Shown one piece after another: positions 28,253 through 36,801 of a stretch of 64,000 bases of DNA; position 1 is the stretch's first letter, and every line of letters begins with the position of its first letter. The stretch covers positions 5,058 to 69,057 of the forward strand of contig JAUYNR010000115.1 in assembly GCA_030698225.1 (NCBI GenBank). The letters are read 5' to 3'. The position numbers and the translations under genes are program-made. This DNA is from Oxalobacteraceae bacterium (GTDB lineage Bacteria; Pseudomonadota; Gammaproteobacteria; Burkholderiales; Burkholderiaceae_D). The notes under the pieces were generated by a model. It was not told the origin of the DNA. It made no database searches and saw only the letters and a list, made by a program, of their open reading frames with translations.

Positions 28253-28308
28253 AGTAGTGCAGGCCTCCGTGCCTGCATCGGGTTGCAGGCACGGAGGCCT
28301 GCACTACT
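28253..28308. repeat. REP hairpin (25-bp arms)
   Basis: agtagtgcaggcctccgtgcctgca - tcgggt - tgcaggcacggaggcctgcactact. The same arms recur at 36571-36620. Confidence 0.8.
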
Positions 28309-28321
28309 TTCGCGTCTTTAG

Positions 28322-29476
28322 TTACTTGAGCCACAGTCGCAGCGAATCCCAGGCGCGGCCGAAGATGCTGGCCTGATTGACTTGCTCGAGCGCCAGCACC
28401 GGCAATTCCGTTACCACTTTGCCGTCCACCATCAGCTTCAGCTTGCCGACCTTGCTATTCTGATTGATTGGCGCCACCAGCGGGTCGTTGCGTTCCAGTA
28501 CCGGCTTCATCTTCTCGGCCATGCCCTTGGGCAGCGTCACGAACACGTCGCGGTTAAAGCCGATCTTCAGCTGGTTTTGCGCGCCTTTCCAGACCTGCGG
28601 GGTGGCGATCGCCTGGCCCTTCGCGTACAGCTTGACCGTGTCGAAATTCTGGAAACCCCAGTTCAGCAGTTTCTGGCTTTCCTGCGCGCGCAGCTGGTCG
28701 GAAGTCGCGCCCGACAGCACGCTGAGCAGACGCCGCTGGCCGGAACCGTTGGGCCGCTTGGCCGACGCGATCATGCTGTAGCCGGAGGCATTGGTATGGC
28801 CGGTCTTCATGCCGTCCACCGACGGATCGGACCACAGCAGGCGGTTGCGGTTGGGCTGCTTGATGTTGTTGTAGGTGAAGTATTTGACCGAGTCGATCTT
28901 ATAGAACTCCGGGTAGTCGGCGATGATGTGCGCGGCCAGCAGCGACAGGTCGCGCGCGGTCGAGTAATTCTCGGCATCGGGCAAGCCGTGCGGATTGCCG
29001 AAGCGGGTGCTCTTCATCCCCATGCGCTGCGCTTCGCGGTTCATCAGCACCACGAATGCATCCTCGGTGCCGGACACCGCCTCGGCCAGCGCTACCGCAG
29101 CGTCGTTGCCCGACTGCACCATCAGGCCGTGCAGCAAGTCATTCACGCTGACCGGCACGCGCGGCTCGATGAACATCTTGGAACTGCTGGGATCGACTTT
29201 CCAGGCGCGCAGCGACACCGTGACCATCTGGTCGAGCGCCAGCTTCTTGTCCTTGAGCGCGGCAAAAGTCAGGTAGGCGGTCATGATCTTGGTCAGCGAA
29301 GCCGGTTCGATGCGCAGGTCCGGCTCTTGCGAGGCGATCACCTGGTTGCTGTTCATGTCCAGCAACAGCCAGGAGCGCGCCGCAATGTTCGGCGACGGCA
29401 GGGTTTGCGCCACCGCGGTGGAAAAGACGGAAATGGACAGGACGCTGGCGGTAAACACCGCACATAATTTTTTCAT
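28322..29476 (-). CDS. dacC: D-alanyl-D-alanine carboxypeptidase (PBP5/6, peptidase S11)
   Basis: Active-site motifs SLTK, SGN and KTG. Signal peptide MKKLCAV..AVAQ from ATG 29476; the longest ORF starts at 29500. Confidence 0.85.
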   Translation of the reverse strand: MKKLCAVFTASVLSISVFSTAVAQTLPSPNIAARSWLLLDMNSNQVIASQEPDLRIEPASLTKIMTAYLTFAALKDKKLALDQMVTVSLRAWKVDPSSSKMFIEPRVPVSVNDLLHGLMVQSGNDAAVALAEAVSGTEDAFVVLMNREAQRMGMKSTRFGNPHGLPDAENYSTARDLSLLAAHIIADYPEFYKIDSVKYFTYNNIKQPNRNRLLWSDPSVDGMKTGHTNASGYSMIASAKRPNGSGQRRLLSVLSGATSDQLRAQESQKLLNWGFQNFDTVKLYAKGQAIATPQVWKGAQNQLKIGFNRDVFVTLPKGMAEKMKPVLERNDPLVAPINQNSKVGKLKLMVDGKVVTELPVLALEQVNQASIFGRAWDSLRLWLK

Positions 29477-29515
29477 TGGGAGAGGGTAAGTGAAATTCAT
29501 TTATGGAAAACTCGT

Positions 29516-29598
29516 GTAGGTCGGGTTAGCGGCTTCATCGCGTAACCCGACATGTGCAGCTGGGAATGTCGGGTTACGCTATCGCTAACCCGACCTAC
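29516..29598. repeat. Inverted pair of REP units (BIME-like)
   Basis: gtaggtcgggttagcg..cgtaacccgacat / atgtcgggttacgc..cgctaacccgacctac. Each unit is itself a hairpin. Confidence 0.75.
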
Positions 29599-29631
29599 GA
29601 TGCTCCCCCTTTGAAAAAGGGGGCGGGGGGA

Positions 29632-30267
29632 TTAGCGGTGCCACATTTCGACCATCAGATTCTTGATATGTTGCAACTTGCGGTGAAAAAAATGGTCGGC
29701 GCCCGGAATCACCACCACCGGCAAATCCTGCGGCCGGGCCCAGTTGAACACGTCGGAGAGTGGAATGGTGTCGTCCAGTTCGCCGTGGATCAGGATGGTA
29801 TTGGCCGGCACCGCCGGCATCGCCCATTTGCCGGCGGCGCTGCCGACCAGCACCAGCCGCTCGGCCGGATGGCCCTGCGCAATCAGGCGCTGCTGCAATT
29901 GCGCCTGGACGAAGGTGCCGAACGAAAAACCGGCTAGCGCCAGCGGCAGATCCGGATATTGCTGCTGCATGTGCGCCAGCAGCGCGGCCATGTCGTCGGT
30001 CTCGCCGGCGCCGGCATCGTGCACGCCTTCCGAGCCGCCGACGCCGCGGAAATTCATCCGCACCGCCGCATAGCCGAGCTTGTTGAAGGTGCGCGCCAGG
30101 GTTTGCGCGACCTTGTTGTCCATGGTGCCGCCATACAGCGGATGCGGGTGCGCGACCAGCGCCAGTCCGCGCGGGGTTGCAAACTGGTCGGTGGCGGGCA
30201 GGCCGAGCGCGCATTCGAGCCGGCCGGCGGCGCCGTCGATGAAGAATTTTTGGGTGTGGGCGTTCAT
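29632..30267 (-). CDS. Alpha/beta hydrolase (COG2945-type)
   Basis: 211 aa. HPHPLYGGTMDNKV and nucleophile-elbow-like GFSFG motifs. Confidence 0.7.
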   Translation of the reverse strand: MNAHTQKFFIDGAAGRLECALGLPATDQFATPRGLALVAHPHPLYGGTMDNKVAQTLARTFNKLGYAAVRMNFRGVGGSEGVHDAGAGETDDMAALLAHMQQQYPDLPLALAGFSFGTFVQAQLQQRLIAQGHPAERLVLVGSAAGKWAMPAVPANTILIHGELDDTIPLSDVFNWARPQDLPVVVIPGADHFFHRKLQHIKNLMVEMWHR

Positions 30268-30269
30268 GC

Positions 30270-30596
30270 TCAGATTTTCAGGCGCTCGACGACCTTGCCG
30301 CCGATCAGGTGGCTGTCGATGATTTCATCGATGTCTTCGTTGTCGACATAGGTGTACCAGACGCCTTCCGGATACACCACCATGACCGGGCCCTCGTCGC
30401 AGCGGTCGAGGCAGCCGGACTGGTTGATCCGGACTTTGCCGGCGCCGGACAGGCCGAGCTGCTTGATGCGCTGCTTCGCATGCTGCTGCGCTGCCTGCGC
30501 GCCGCGCTCGGCGCAGCAGGGACGGCCGTCGTCGCGCCGGTTGACGCAGAGGAAGACGTGGTGCTGGTAATAGGGAGTATCTGGAGTGTCGCTCAT
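30270..30596 (-). CDS. Thioredoxin-like [2Fe-2S] ferredoxin
   Basis: 108 aa from ATG 30596. Cys pattern HVFLCVN..RPCC..GCLDRCDEGP. Confidence 0.75.
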   Translation of the reverse strand: MSDTPDTPYYQHHVFLCVNRRDDGRPCCAERGAQAAQQHAKQRIKQLGLSGAGKVRINQSGCLDRCDEGPVMVVYPEGVWYTYVDNEDIDEIIDSHLIGGKVVERLKI

Positions 30597-30729
30597 GTGG
30601 TGTTTTGCAACGCGGGATATCGAAGTCGCCATGATACACCGCAGCCGGATTGCCTGATGCCGGCGGCGGAATTGCCGCAGCTGGCTGGCGCCGCAAAAAA
30701 TTTCCGGGAACGTAAAAATACATGGACAT

Positions 30730-30786
30730 GTATTTTTAAAGTGCTAATGAAATAATGCGGAAAATACATTGTTTTTACACATACCC
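30730..30786 (-). repeat. AT-rich interspersed repeat, copy 3 of 9
   Basis: The reverse complement gggtatgtgtaaaaacaatgtattttccgcattatttcattagcactttaaaaatac aligns with the family. Confidence 0.6.
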
Positions 30787-30794
30787 ATGATATT

Positions 30795-31958
30795 TCACAT
30801 TTTTTGCAATGGCTGACGGCGCTGATGTCTGGCGCGCTGCAGCGCCCGCAACAAGAACCACAGCGTCAAAAACGGCCATAGCAGCGACAGGAAATGCGCG
30901 GCGCCGTTGAAATTGAGGAATTTCCCCTGCACCCAGGCTTGCAGCGTCGCCACGAAGTAGGGGTTGGCCGGCACGCTGTTGACCGCCAGCAGGCCCACTG
31001 TCAGCATCAGCAGCGCCAGCCGGCGCTGGATCGCCGGCTGCGCGTAGATCAGCCCGGACAGCATCAGCGCCGCCACCAGCAGGCCACCCCGGGCGCCGGC
31101 GGTGAGCCAGGCAAACGCATTCTCGGGCGCAAACAGCAACGCATAGGCGAGCGATTTTGTCGCCAGCGCCGCGCCGATCAATGCCAGCGTCAGCGCCACC
31201 TTGGGCGCGGCCTTGCGCAGCAGGCAGTGCAGCAGCAGCACCGCACCGCACAGTCCGGACGCGGTAATCAGCGTTTCCAGCAGCCAGTATTGCTCCAGGC
31301 TGGGCTCGGGATCGAGTCCCAGCAAGGTTGCCAGCCGGACCGGTGCCGCCAGCCAGTCCGATAGCAGCGCCGAGATCCAGTCCGACAGGATCGGCACGAT
31401 CTGGCCGTGGCCGAACAGATAGCCTTGCGGGAAGATTTGCGCCAGCGGCCACAGCGCCAGCAGAATCAGGCCGCCGCTGGCTTCAGTCTGGAACCAGCGC
31501 TGGCGCAGCAGGCGCAGCCGGCCGCGCTCCAGCAGCGCGGCCGCGCTCCAGACCGCCAGCAGCGCACCGATGCAAATCCCGCCGAGGTTGGTGTAAAAGT
31601 CCAGCATCGAGGCGACCCGGCTCGGCAGATACTGCTGCACCGCTTCCATCGTGCCCGACAGCAGGCTGCCGGCGGCGATCGCAAGCGCGACCGCGCCGGC
31701 TTTCCTGAAGCGCGGATGCAGCGCATAGACGATCAGCATCCCGAGCGGGATGTAGCCGCCGATGTTGATCAGCGCATCGAACTTGGTCCAGTATTTCGGC
31801 ATCGGCGCCCACAGGTACTCGAACGGCGCCAGGCCGACATCGCGCCAGCCGGTGAACGGAAACCAGCTGGCGTAGACGATCAGGAACAGATACGCCAGCA
31901 GCGCGATGCGCGCCAGCGGCGAAGCTTGCAACAAAGGCTGCGGCGGCGCTTCGCCCAT
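30795..31958 (-). CDS. VanZ-like polytopic membrane protein
   Basis: About 387 aa from ATG 31958 (TAATG overlap with the upstream stop). VanZ-type N-terminus (FLIVYASWFPF, NIGGYIPLG) followed by additional TM segments. Confidence 0.55.
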   Translation of the reverse strand: MGEAPPQPLLQASPLARIALLAYLFLIVYASWFPFTGWRDVGLAPFEYLWAPMPKYWTKFDALINIGGYIPLGMLIVYALHPRFRKAGAVALAIAAGSLLSGTMEAVQQYLPSRVASMLDFYTNLGGICIGALLAVWSAAALLERGRLRLLRQRWFQTEASGGLILLALWPLAQIFPQGYLFGHGQIVPILSDWISALLSDWLAAPVRLATLLGLDPEPSLEQYWLLETLITASGLCGAVLLLHCLLRKAAPKVALTLALIGAALATKSLAYALLFAPENAFAWLTAGARGGLLVAALMLSGLIYAQPAIQRRLALLMLTVGLLAVNSVPANPYFVATLQAWVQGKFLNFNGAAHFLSLLWPFLTLWFLLRALQRARHQRRQPLQKM

Positions 31959-32596
31959 TATTTTTTCAGTGGAAAATCGGCCAGCCACGCGATCATCTCG
32001 TCGATCAATGCATCGCTGGCGCCGGCCATCGCTTGCGCGCCGCCGGCCGCATCGGCGCTGCCGGCAGCGGCCTGCCGGCGGAACGATTTTTGCGCCAGCA
32101 GCGTGCGGCCGTCGAACAGCGTGGCGCGCAGCGCGAGTTGCGCCGCGCTCCGGTTCGGGGCGCTGAAATTCTGGATCATTTCATCGACTTCGATGCGCAG
32201 CGTCGGCAGCGTATTGGCGCCTTCGCTGCCCGATAGCACCACCGTGCCGGCCTGCGCCAGACGCGCCTTGATGCGCTGTTCCAGCAATTGCGCCGGCGCC
32301 ATGCTCCAGCGGCTGCCCGCATACGAGCGGGTTTGCAGATCGCTGACATAGGACAGCCGGTACAGCATTTGCTGGCTGCTCAGCGCGGCCGGCGCCTGCA
32401 CCGCGGCCAGCGCCAGCGCCGCCGGTGCCTTGCCGGCGCTGGCACTGGCCGCAGCGGCCGGATGCAGCGGCCCGAAGTCGTACAGACTGAGCGGCGCGGC
32501 GCGCGTGGCGCAGCCGGCCGCCAGCGCGCACAGCAGTGCTGGCAGTACTAGCGGTGAGATACGCAGGCGGTGGCCGATTTTCTGGAATGGATGCAT
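31958..32596 (-). CDS. ABC-transport auxiliary lipoprotein (DUF330/PqiC-YmbA-like)
   Basis: 212 aa from ATG 32596. Lipobox LAAGC. Lies downstream of the MCE-domain gene, as in Pqi/Mla-type loci. Confidence 0.6.
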   Translation of the reverse strand: MHPFQKIGHRLRISPLVLPALLCALAAGCATRAAPLSLYDFGPLHPAAAASASAGKAPAALALAAVQAPAALSSQQMLYRLSYVSDLQTRSYAGSRWSMAPAQLLEQRIKARLAQAGTVVLSGSEGANTLPTLRIEVDEMIQNFSAPNRSAAQLALRATLFDGRTLLAQKSFRRQAAAGSADAAGGAQAMAGASDALIDEMIAWLADFPLKK

Positions 32597-32629
32597 GGCG
32601 GCTTTCAGGTTATTTATATACACACATAT

Positions 32630-32688
32630 GTATTTTTTAAGTGGCATTAATATTATGCGGTAAATGCATGTTTTTTGCCTATACTGCC
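32630..32688 (-). repeat. AT-rich interspersed repeat, copy 4 of 9
   Basis: The reverse complement ggcagtataggcaaaaaacatgcatttaccgcataatattaatgccacttaaaaaatac aligns with the family. Confidence 0.65.
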
Positions 32689-32699
32689 ATATATTTTTA

Positions 32700-32864
32700 A
32701 TCGTTCAGTCGCATCTGAATCAAAACTGCAGCGGCGTGGTTTTGTAGGAGCGCACCCGGGCGCGATCATCGGTGGCATGGGCAATCCGGTCGCGCCCGGG
32801 TGCGCTCCTACAGAAACTTGCTTCAGTTCAATAACTTTTCATAAGGGGTTAAATAGTTAGCTAC
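32700..32864. repeat. MITE-like element; second copy of the tgtaggagcgcacccgggcgcga hairpin
   Basis: Perfect 23-bp arms at 32743-32765 and 32790-32812, identical to those at 10441/10491. Outer ends are degenerate (..ggggttaaatagttagc). Confidence 0.6.
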
Positions 32865-32894
32865 CCATGTTGGAGATATTCCGGCAGTGTTCGC

Positions 32895-33836
32895 TTACTT
32901 GCCACGAAAGCCCGGTTCGCCCGGTCCCGGCGGCAGCTCGGGCGTGCCGAGCAGGATGCTTTGCGGGTTTTCGCCTAGCCTCTCGATGCTGCGGTTGAGG
33001 GTCTGCATCGAGGTCCGCGCTTCGCTGGTCAGTGCGTTAATTCTGGGCAATGCATCGCGCTCGATGTTGTCGGCAATCGCGCCGTAGCGGTCTGCGGTGT
33101 CGGTGATCTTGGCCAGCGGCCCGTCCGGCGCCTGCAGTTGCCGGCTGGTCTTGCTCAGATCGGCCGCCAGCGCGCTGGCTTCTTTGGACAGCGCCGAGAT
33201 CGAGGCCAGCGCCTGCTGCGCATCGCCGGCCAGCGCCGGCAGCTTCGCCAGGGTCGGCTCAAGCTGCTTTGGCAGCACTTCCAGCGCGGCGGCGGCAGTG
33301 CCGATGTGATCGATCGCGGCTATCATTTTTTGCTGGTTGGCCGGCGCCAGCAGCGCATTGAAATTCGCGGTCAGCGCTTCGGTCTGCTGCAGGATCGCGG
33401 CGCTGCGGGTCTGGATGTTGTCGAGCAGGTTGGGCCGGATTTCGATCCGCGCCGGGTGCTTCTGGTCGCTGGCCAGGCGCGCCGGCTTGCTGCCGTCGTC
33501 GTCGAGCTGGACAAAGGCGATCCCGGTCACGCCCTGATAGCCGAGCGTGCCGAAGGTCGACTGCGTGATCGGGGTCTGCGGGTCGACGCTGATCCGGACC
33601 AGGATTTCGCCCGGCTGCTGCGGATTGAAACCGATGCTGTCGACCTTGCCGACATCCAGTCCCCGATAACGCACCGCTGCTTGCGGATTCAGGCCCGACA
33701 CTGTCAGCGAGGTGACCATTTCGTAAGGCACCCGGTCGACCCGGTCGCGGTTGAACCAGAGCGCAAAGAACACCGCGGCAACCATCAGCGCGACGGTAAA
33801 CAGTCCGGCCATCAGTGCGTGTGGCTTATTTTCCAT
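32895..33836 (-). CDS. MCE/MlaD-family periplasmic component of an ABC transporter
   Basis: 313 aa. Single N-terminal TM, then an MCE domain (GLNPQAAVRYRGLDVGKV) and a helical Ala/Leu-rich C-terminus. Confidence 0.8.
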   Translation of the reverse strand: MENKPHALMAGLFTVALMVAAVFFALWFNRDRVDRVPYEMVTSLTVSGLNPQAAVRYRGLDVGKVDSIGFNPQQPGEILVRISVDPQTPITQSTFGTLGYQGVTGIAFVQLDDDGSKPARLASDQKHPARIEIRPNLLDNIQTRSAAILQQTEALTANFNALLAPANQQKMIAAIDHIGTAAAALEVLPKQLEPTLAKLPALAGDAQQALASISALSKEASALAADLSKTSRQLQAPDGPLAKITDTADRYGAIADNIERDALPRINALTSEARTSMQTLNRSIERLGENPQSILLGTPELPPGPGEPGFRGK

Positions 33837-33850
33837 GAGGGGATTCCATT

Positions 33851-34705
33851 CTATTGATTCGGCACGGGAAGGGTTTTATTTTCCGGGCTGCCGTTCTCAC
33901 CCTCTCCCTCTGGGAGAGGGCCGGAGAGAGGGGAGGTCTCCAGCGCTGCCAGCGCGCGGCGGCCGCGCGCGCCGAGGAAGAACTCCTTGATGAACGGATG
34001 CTCGAACGCGACCACCGCGGCCGGCGCTGCGCTGATGATCACGCGCTTGTCGGCCAGCACCGCGATCCTGCTCGACAGCGCCAGCAGCGTATCGAGGTCG
34101 TGCGTGACCATCAGCACCGTCAGCTTGAGCTCCCGGTGCAGCGTGCGTATCAGGGCGACGAAGGTTTCCGACATGTCCGGATCGAGGCCGGCGGTCGGCT
34201 CGTCCAGGAACAGCAGTTCCGGCTCCAGCGCCAGCGCGCGCGCCAGCGCGACCCGCTTGACCATGCCGCCGGACAGGTCGGCCGGCATCTTGGCGGCGTC
34301 GGCCGGGCTTAGCTCGACCATGCCCAGCTTGAGCAGCACCGTGTCGCGGATCAGGTCCGGCGGCAAAGTGCGCAATTCGCGCAGCGGTTGCGCGACATTC
34401 TCGAATGCGGTCAGCGAGGAAAACAGCGCGCCCTGCTGGAACAGCACACCCCAGCGCTGGCGCAGCGCCTGCATCTGCTGCGCACTGATGCGCGCGATAT
34501 CTTCGCCGAACACCCGCACGCTGCCGCTGGTGGGGCGCTGCAAGCCGAGAATCTGGCGCAGCACGGTGGTTTTGCCGGAGCCGGAGCCGCCCACCAGCGA
34601 CACGATTTCGCCTTGGGCAACGCTCAGGTTCAGGTCTTGATGGATGACGTTGTGCTCGAAGCGCATGCAGATATCCTGCAGCTCGATGACAGGGGCGGCG
34701 GCCAT
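33851..34705 (-). CDS. ABC transporter ATP-binding protein (MlaF-like) with a REP-encoded C-terminal tail
   Basis: 284 aa from ATG 34705. Walker A GGSGSGKTT, signature LSGGMVKR, Walker B LLFLDEP. The last ~25 codons run through the REP at 33893-33936. Confidence 0.85.
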   Translation of the reverse strand: MAAAPVIELQDICMRFEHNVIHQDLNLSVAQGEIVSLVGGSGSGKTTVLRQILGLQRPTSGSVRVFGEDIARISAQQMQALRQRWGVLFQQGALFSSLTAFENVAQPLRELRTLPPDLIRDTVLLKLGMVELSPADAAKMPADLSGGMVKRVALARALALEPELLFLDEPTAGLDPDMSETFVALIRTLHRELKLTVLMVTHDLDTLLALSSRIAVLADKRVIISAAPAAVVAFEHPFIKEFFLGARGRRALAALETSPLSGPLPEGEGENGSPENKTLPVPNQ

Positions 34706-35847
34706 CAGTAGCCGACTTCGCTGAAGACGATCGCAAACACCGCATCGGCCAGGATCACCACCGTGATCGCGCTGACCACCGAGGTGGTGGTGCCGTGCCC
34801 GAGGCTTTCGGTATTCGGTTTGATGCGCAGGCCGAAATGGCAGGACACCAGCGCGATCAGGCTGCCGAACACCACGCCCTTGCCGAGGCCGATCCAGTAA
34901 TTCGGCAGCGGTACCGCGCCTGGCAGTGACGCGATGAAGTAGCCGGGCGCCATCCCCAGTTGCAGCTGGGCCGCGCTCATGCCGCCGATCAGCGCAATCG
35001 CGTCGGTCCAGATCACCAGCAGCGGCATCGCAATCGCCAGCGCAATGACTTTCGGCAGCACCAGCCGGAAGCCGTGCGGCAAGCCCATCACCAGCATCGC
35101 ATCGAGTTCTTCGGTGACCCGCATCACGCCCAGCTGGGCGGTAATCGCCGAGCCGGAGCGCCCGGCCACCAGGATCGCCGCCAGCAGCGGTCCGAGTTCG
35201 CGGATGATGCTCATGCCCAGGATATCCACCAGGTAAATATCGCCGCCGAAGCTGTGCAACTGCTGCGCCGACAGATACGACAGCACCACCCCGATCAGGA
35301 ACCCGACCAGCGCGGTGATGCCGAGCGCCTGAAAGCCGATATGGAAGATATTCGCCGACACTTCTTTCCACGGGCCGCGCGCCGGATTGCGCGCGAACTG
35401 GCCGAGGTCCAGCATCAGTTGCCCGATCAGCCCGATGAAACCGTAGACGTGTTCGAAAAACCCCAGCGCTGCGCTGCCCAGCGCAACCAGTGCGGCCATC
35501 CGCTGCACCGGCTGCGGCGGCAGCGCGAGCGCGCCGGCCTGCGCCAGCCGCTCGAAAAAGCTTTCCTGTGCGGGCGCCAGCGTCAGCTTGGGCGGCCGGG
35601 CCTTGCCCCACAGATTCCAGAAGAACTGGGCGCCGATGTGGTCGATGCGCTCGATTCCCGACAAATCCCATTCGATAGCGCTGCCGGCCGCTATCGATTC
35701 GACGCTTTTGGCGCTGCGCTGCAGCGCTCGCATCACCTTCTTTTGCGCCATCCGTTGCACCAGCCAGGCGCCGGATGCGCGCAGCGTCACGCCGCCGGCG
35801 GGTTCGCCGCGCTCGACGCTGAGGGTGGGGTCTTGTTTGACTGGCAT
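34705..35847 (-). CDS. MlaE-family ABC permease with an N-terminal STAS-like extension
   Basis: 380 aa. The C-terminal ~260 aa are MlaE-like TM helices. A ~110-aa soluble N-terminus resembles STAS/MlaB. Confidence 0.75.
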   Translation of the reverse strand: MPVKQDPTLSVERGEPAGGVTLRASGAWLVQRMAQKKVMRALQRSAKSVESIAAGSAIEWDLSGIERIDHIGAQFFWNLWGKARPPKLTLAPAQESFFERLAQAGALALPPQPVQRMAALVALGSAALGFFEHVYGFIGLIGQLMLDLGQFARNPARGPWKEVSANIFHIGFQALGITALVGFLIGVVLSYLSAQQLHSFGGDIYLVDILGMSIIRELGPLLAAILVAGRSGSAITAQLGVMRVTEELDAMLVMGLPHGFRLVLPKVIALAIAMPLLVIWTDAIALIGGMSAAQLQLGMAPGYFIASLPGAVPLPNYWIGLGKGVVFGSLIALVSCHFGLRIKPNTESLGHGTTTSVVSAITVVILADAVFAIVFSEVGY

Positions 35848-35917
35848 CTGCGCAGTGTAAGGGATAAGCGCTGGCGCGTCATTCGGGGCGTGCCTGGCAA
35901 AATGGCAGGCGCGCGAT

Positions 35918-36550
35918 TCATGTCTGCAGCGCTCGCGCGGCGAGCAGGGTTTCGATATACGCGTCGATGATTTTGCCGCCGTCCTGCATCAGGTCGAAGC
36001 TATCCGGCGCGAACAGCCAGGCGGTCAGCAGGCCGCTGATCAGCGCATGCAGCATCACGCTGGCCAGACGCACATCGAGCGTGGCCGGCAATTGCCCTTT
36101 CGCGATCGCGTTCGACAGCAGCAGTCTGTTATTGATCGCGCATTCCTGCATCCACTCTTGCTGCCGGATGAAGATCGGATCGGCCGGATCGACGAATTCG
36201 CATTTATGTATCAGGATGTCGAGCACCTTGTTGTGGTGCGGGTTTTCCACCGTTTCGCGAAACAGGAAGCGGCAGGTGGCGCGCAGTTCGCCCAGCGGGT
36301 CGCCGCTGTTTTCGTCGGTCATCGCATCGCACAGCGTTTGCATCGGCAGCCGGATGCGCTGGCACATCGCGTCGAACAGGTCGGCCTTGTTGGTGAAATG
36401 CCAGTAGATCGCGCCGCGCGTCACATCGGCCGCATCGGCGACGTCGGCCAGCGACGTGTTCGACACGCCCTTCGCATGGAAAACGTCTTCTGCCGCATCG
36501 AGAATGCGCTCGCGGGTTTCGAGCGCCTTTTCCTTGGTGCATCTTGCCAT
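35918..36550 (-). CDS. TetR/AcrR-family repressor of the adjacent RND pump
   Basis: 210 aa from ATG 36550. HTH block TSLADVADAADVTRGAIYWHF. The longer ORF start (36616) is just a translation of the REP palindrome. Confidence 0.85.
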   Translation of the reverse strand: MARCTKEKALETRERILDAAEDVFHAKGVSNTSLADVADAADVTRGAIYWHFTNKADLFDAMCQRIRLPMQTLCDAMTDENSGDPLGELRATCRFLFRETVENPHHNKVLDILIHKCEFVDPADPIFIRQQEWMQECAINNRLLLSNAIAKGQLPATLDVRLASVMLHALISGLLTAWLFAPDSFDLMQDGGKIIDAYIETLLAARALQT

Positions 36551-36570
36551 GATGAAATATCCTGGTTGCC

Positions 36571-36620
36571 AGTAGTGCAGGCCTCCGTGCCTGCATGCAG
36601 GCACGGAGGCCTGCACTACT
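36571..36620. repeat. Perfect 50-bp palindrome (REP, same arms as 28253-28308)
   Basis: agtagtgcaggcctccgtgcctgca|tgcaggcacggaggcctgcactact with no loop, in the divergent tetR / efflux promoter region. Confidence 0.85.
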
Positions 36621-36677
36621 TATATAGTGCGATAGTGCGCAAATCCGGATGATTTTTCAAGCGCCCGTCAATTTAAC

Positions 36678-36695
36678 ATACATTCGCGAATGTAT
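36678..36695. promoter_or_regulatory. Candidate TetR operator (18-bp perfect palindrome)
   Basis: atacattcg|cgaatgtat lies between tetR and the MFP gene, about 105 nt upstream of ATG 36802. Confidence 0.55.
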
Positions 36696-36801
36696 ATATA
36701 ATAGCACCGGTTCCATCGCAAGTTTGCAGGGTCGGCACGATGACGCGGTGCCCGCCCTGCAAAGCCCCCTATTTTGCCAACCATTACCGTATGAGAGTTC
36801 C

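Noticed and set aside
28083-28376. 97-aa ORF, and the 22-codon N-terminal extension of the TetR ORF (start 36616), both containing ASVPA(S/C)..RHGGLHY
   Set aside because: Both read through copies of the agtagtgcaggcctccgtgcctgca REP. The shared peptide is a repeat artefact.
34706-35671. N-terminal 320 codons of the 606-aa ORF 33851..35671
   Set aside because: This is an out-of-frame overlap with the MlaE-type permease gene. The ATPase begins at ATG 34705, just before its Walker A region.
10441-36620. Possibility that the recurring palindromes form a CRISPR array
   Set aside because: The copies are kilobases apart and are not regularly spaced. Each is an inverted (hairpin) unit rather than a direct repeat with unique spacers, and no cas genes are present.
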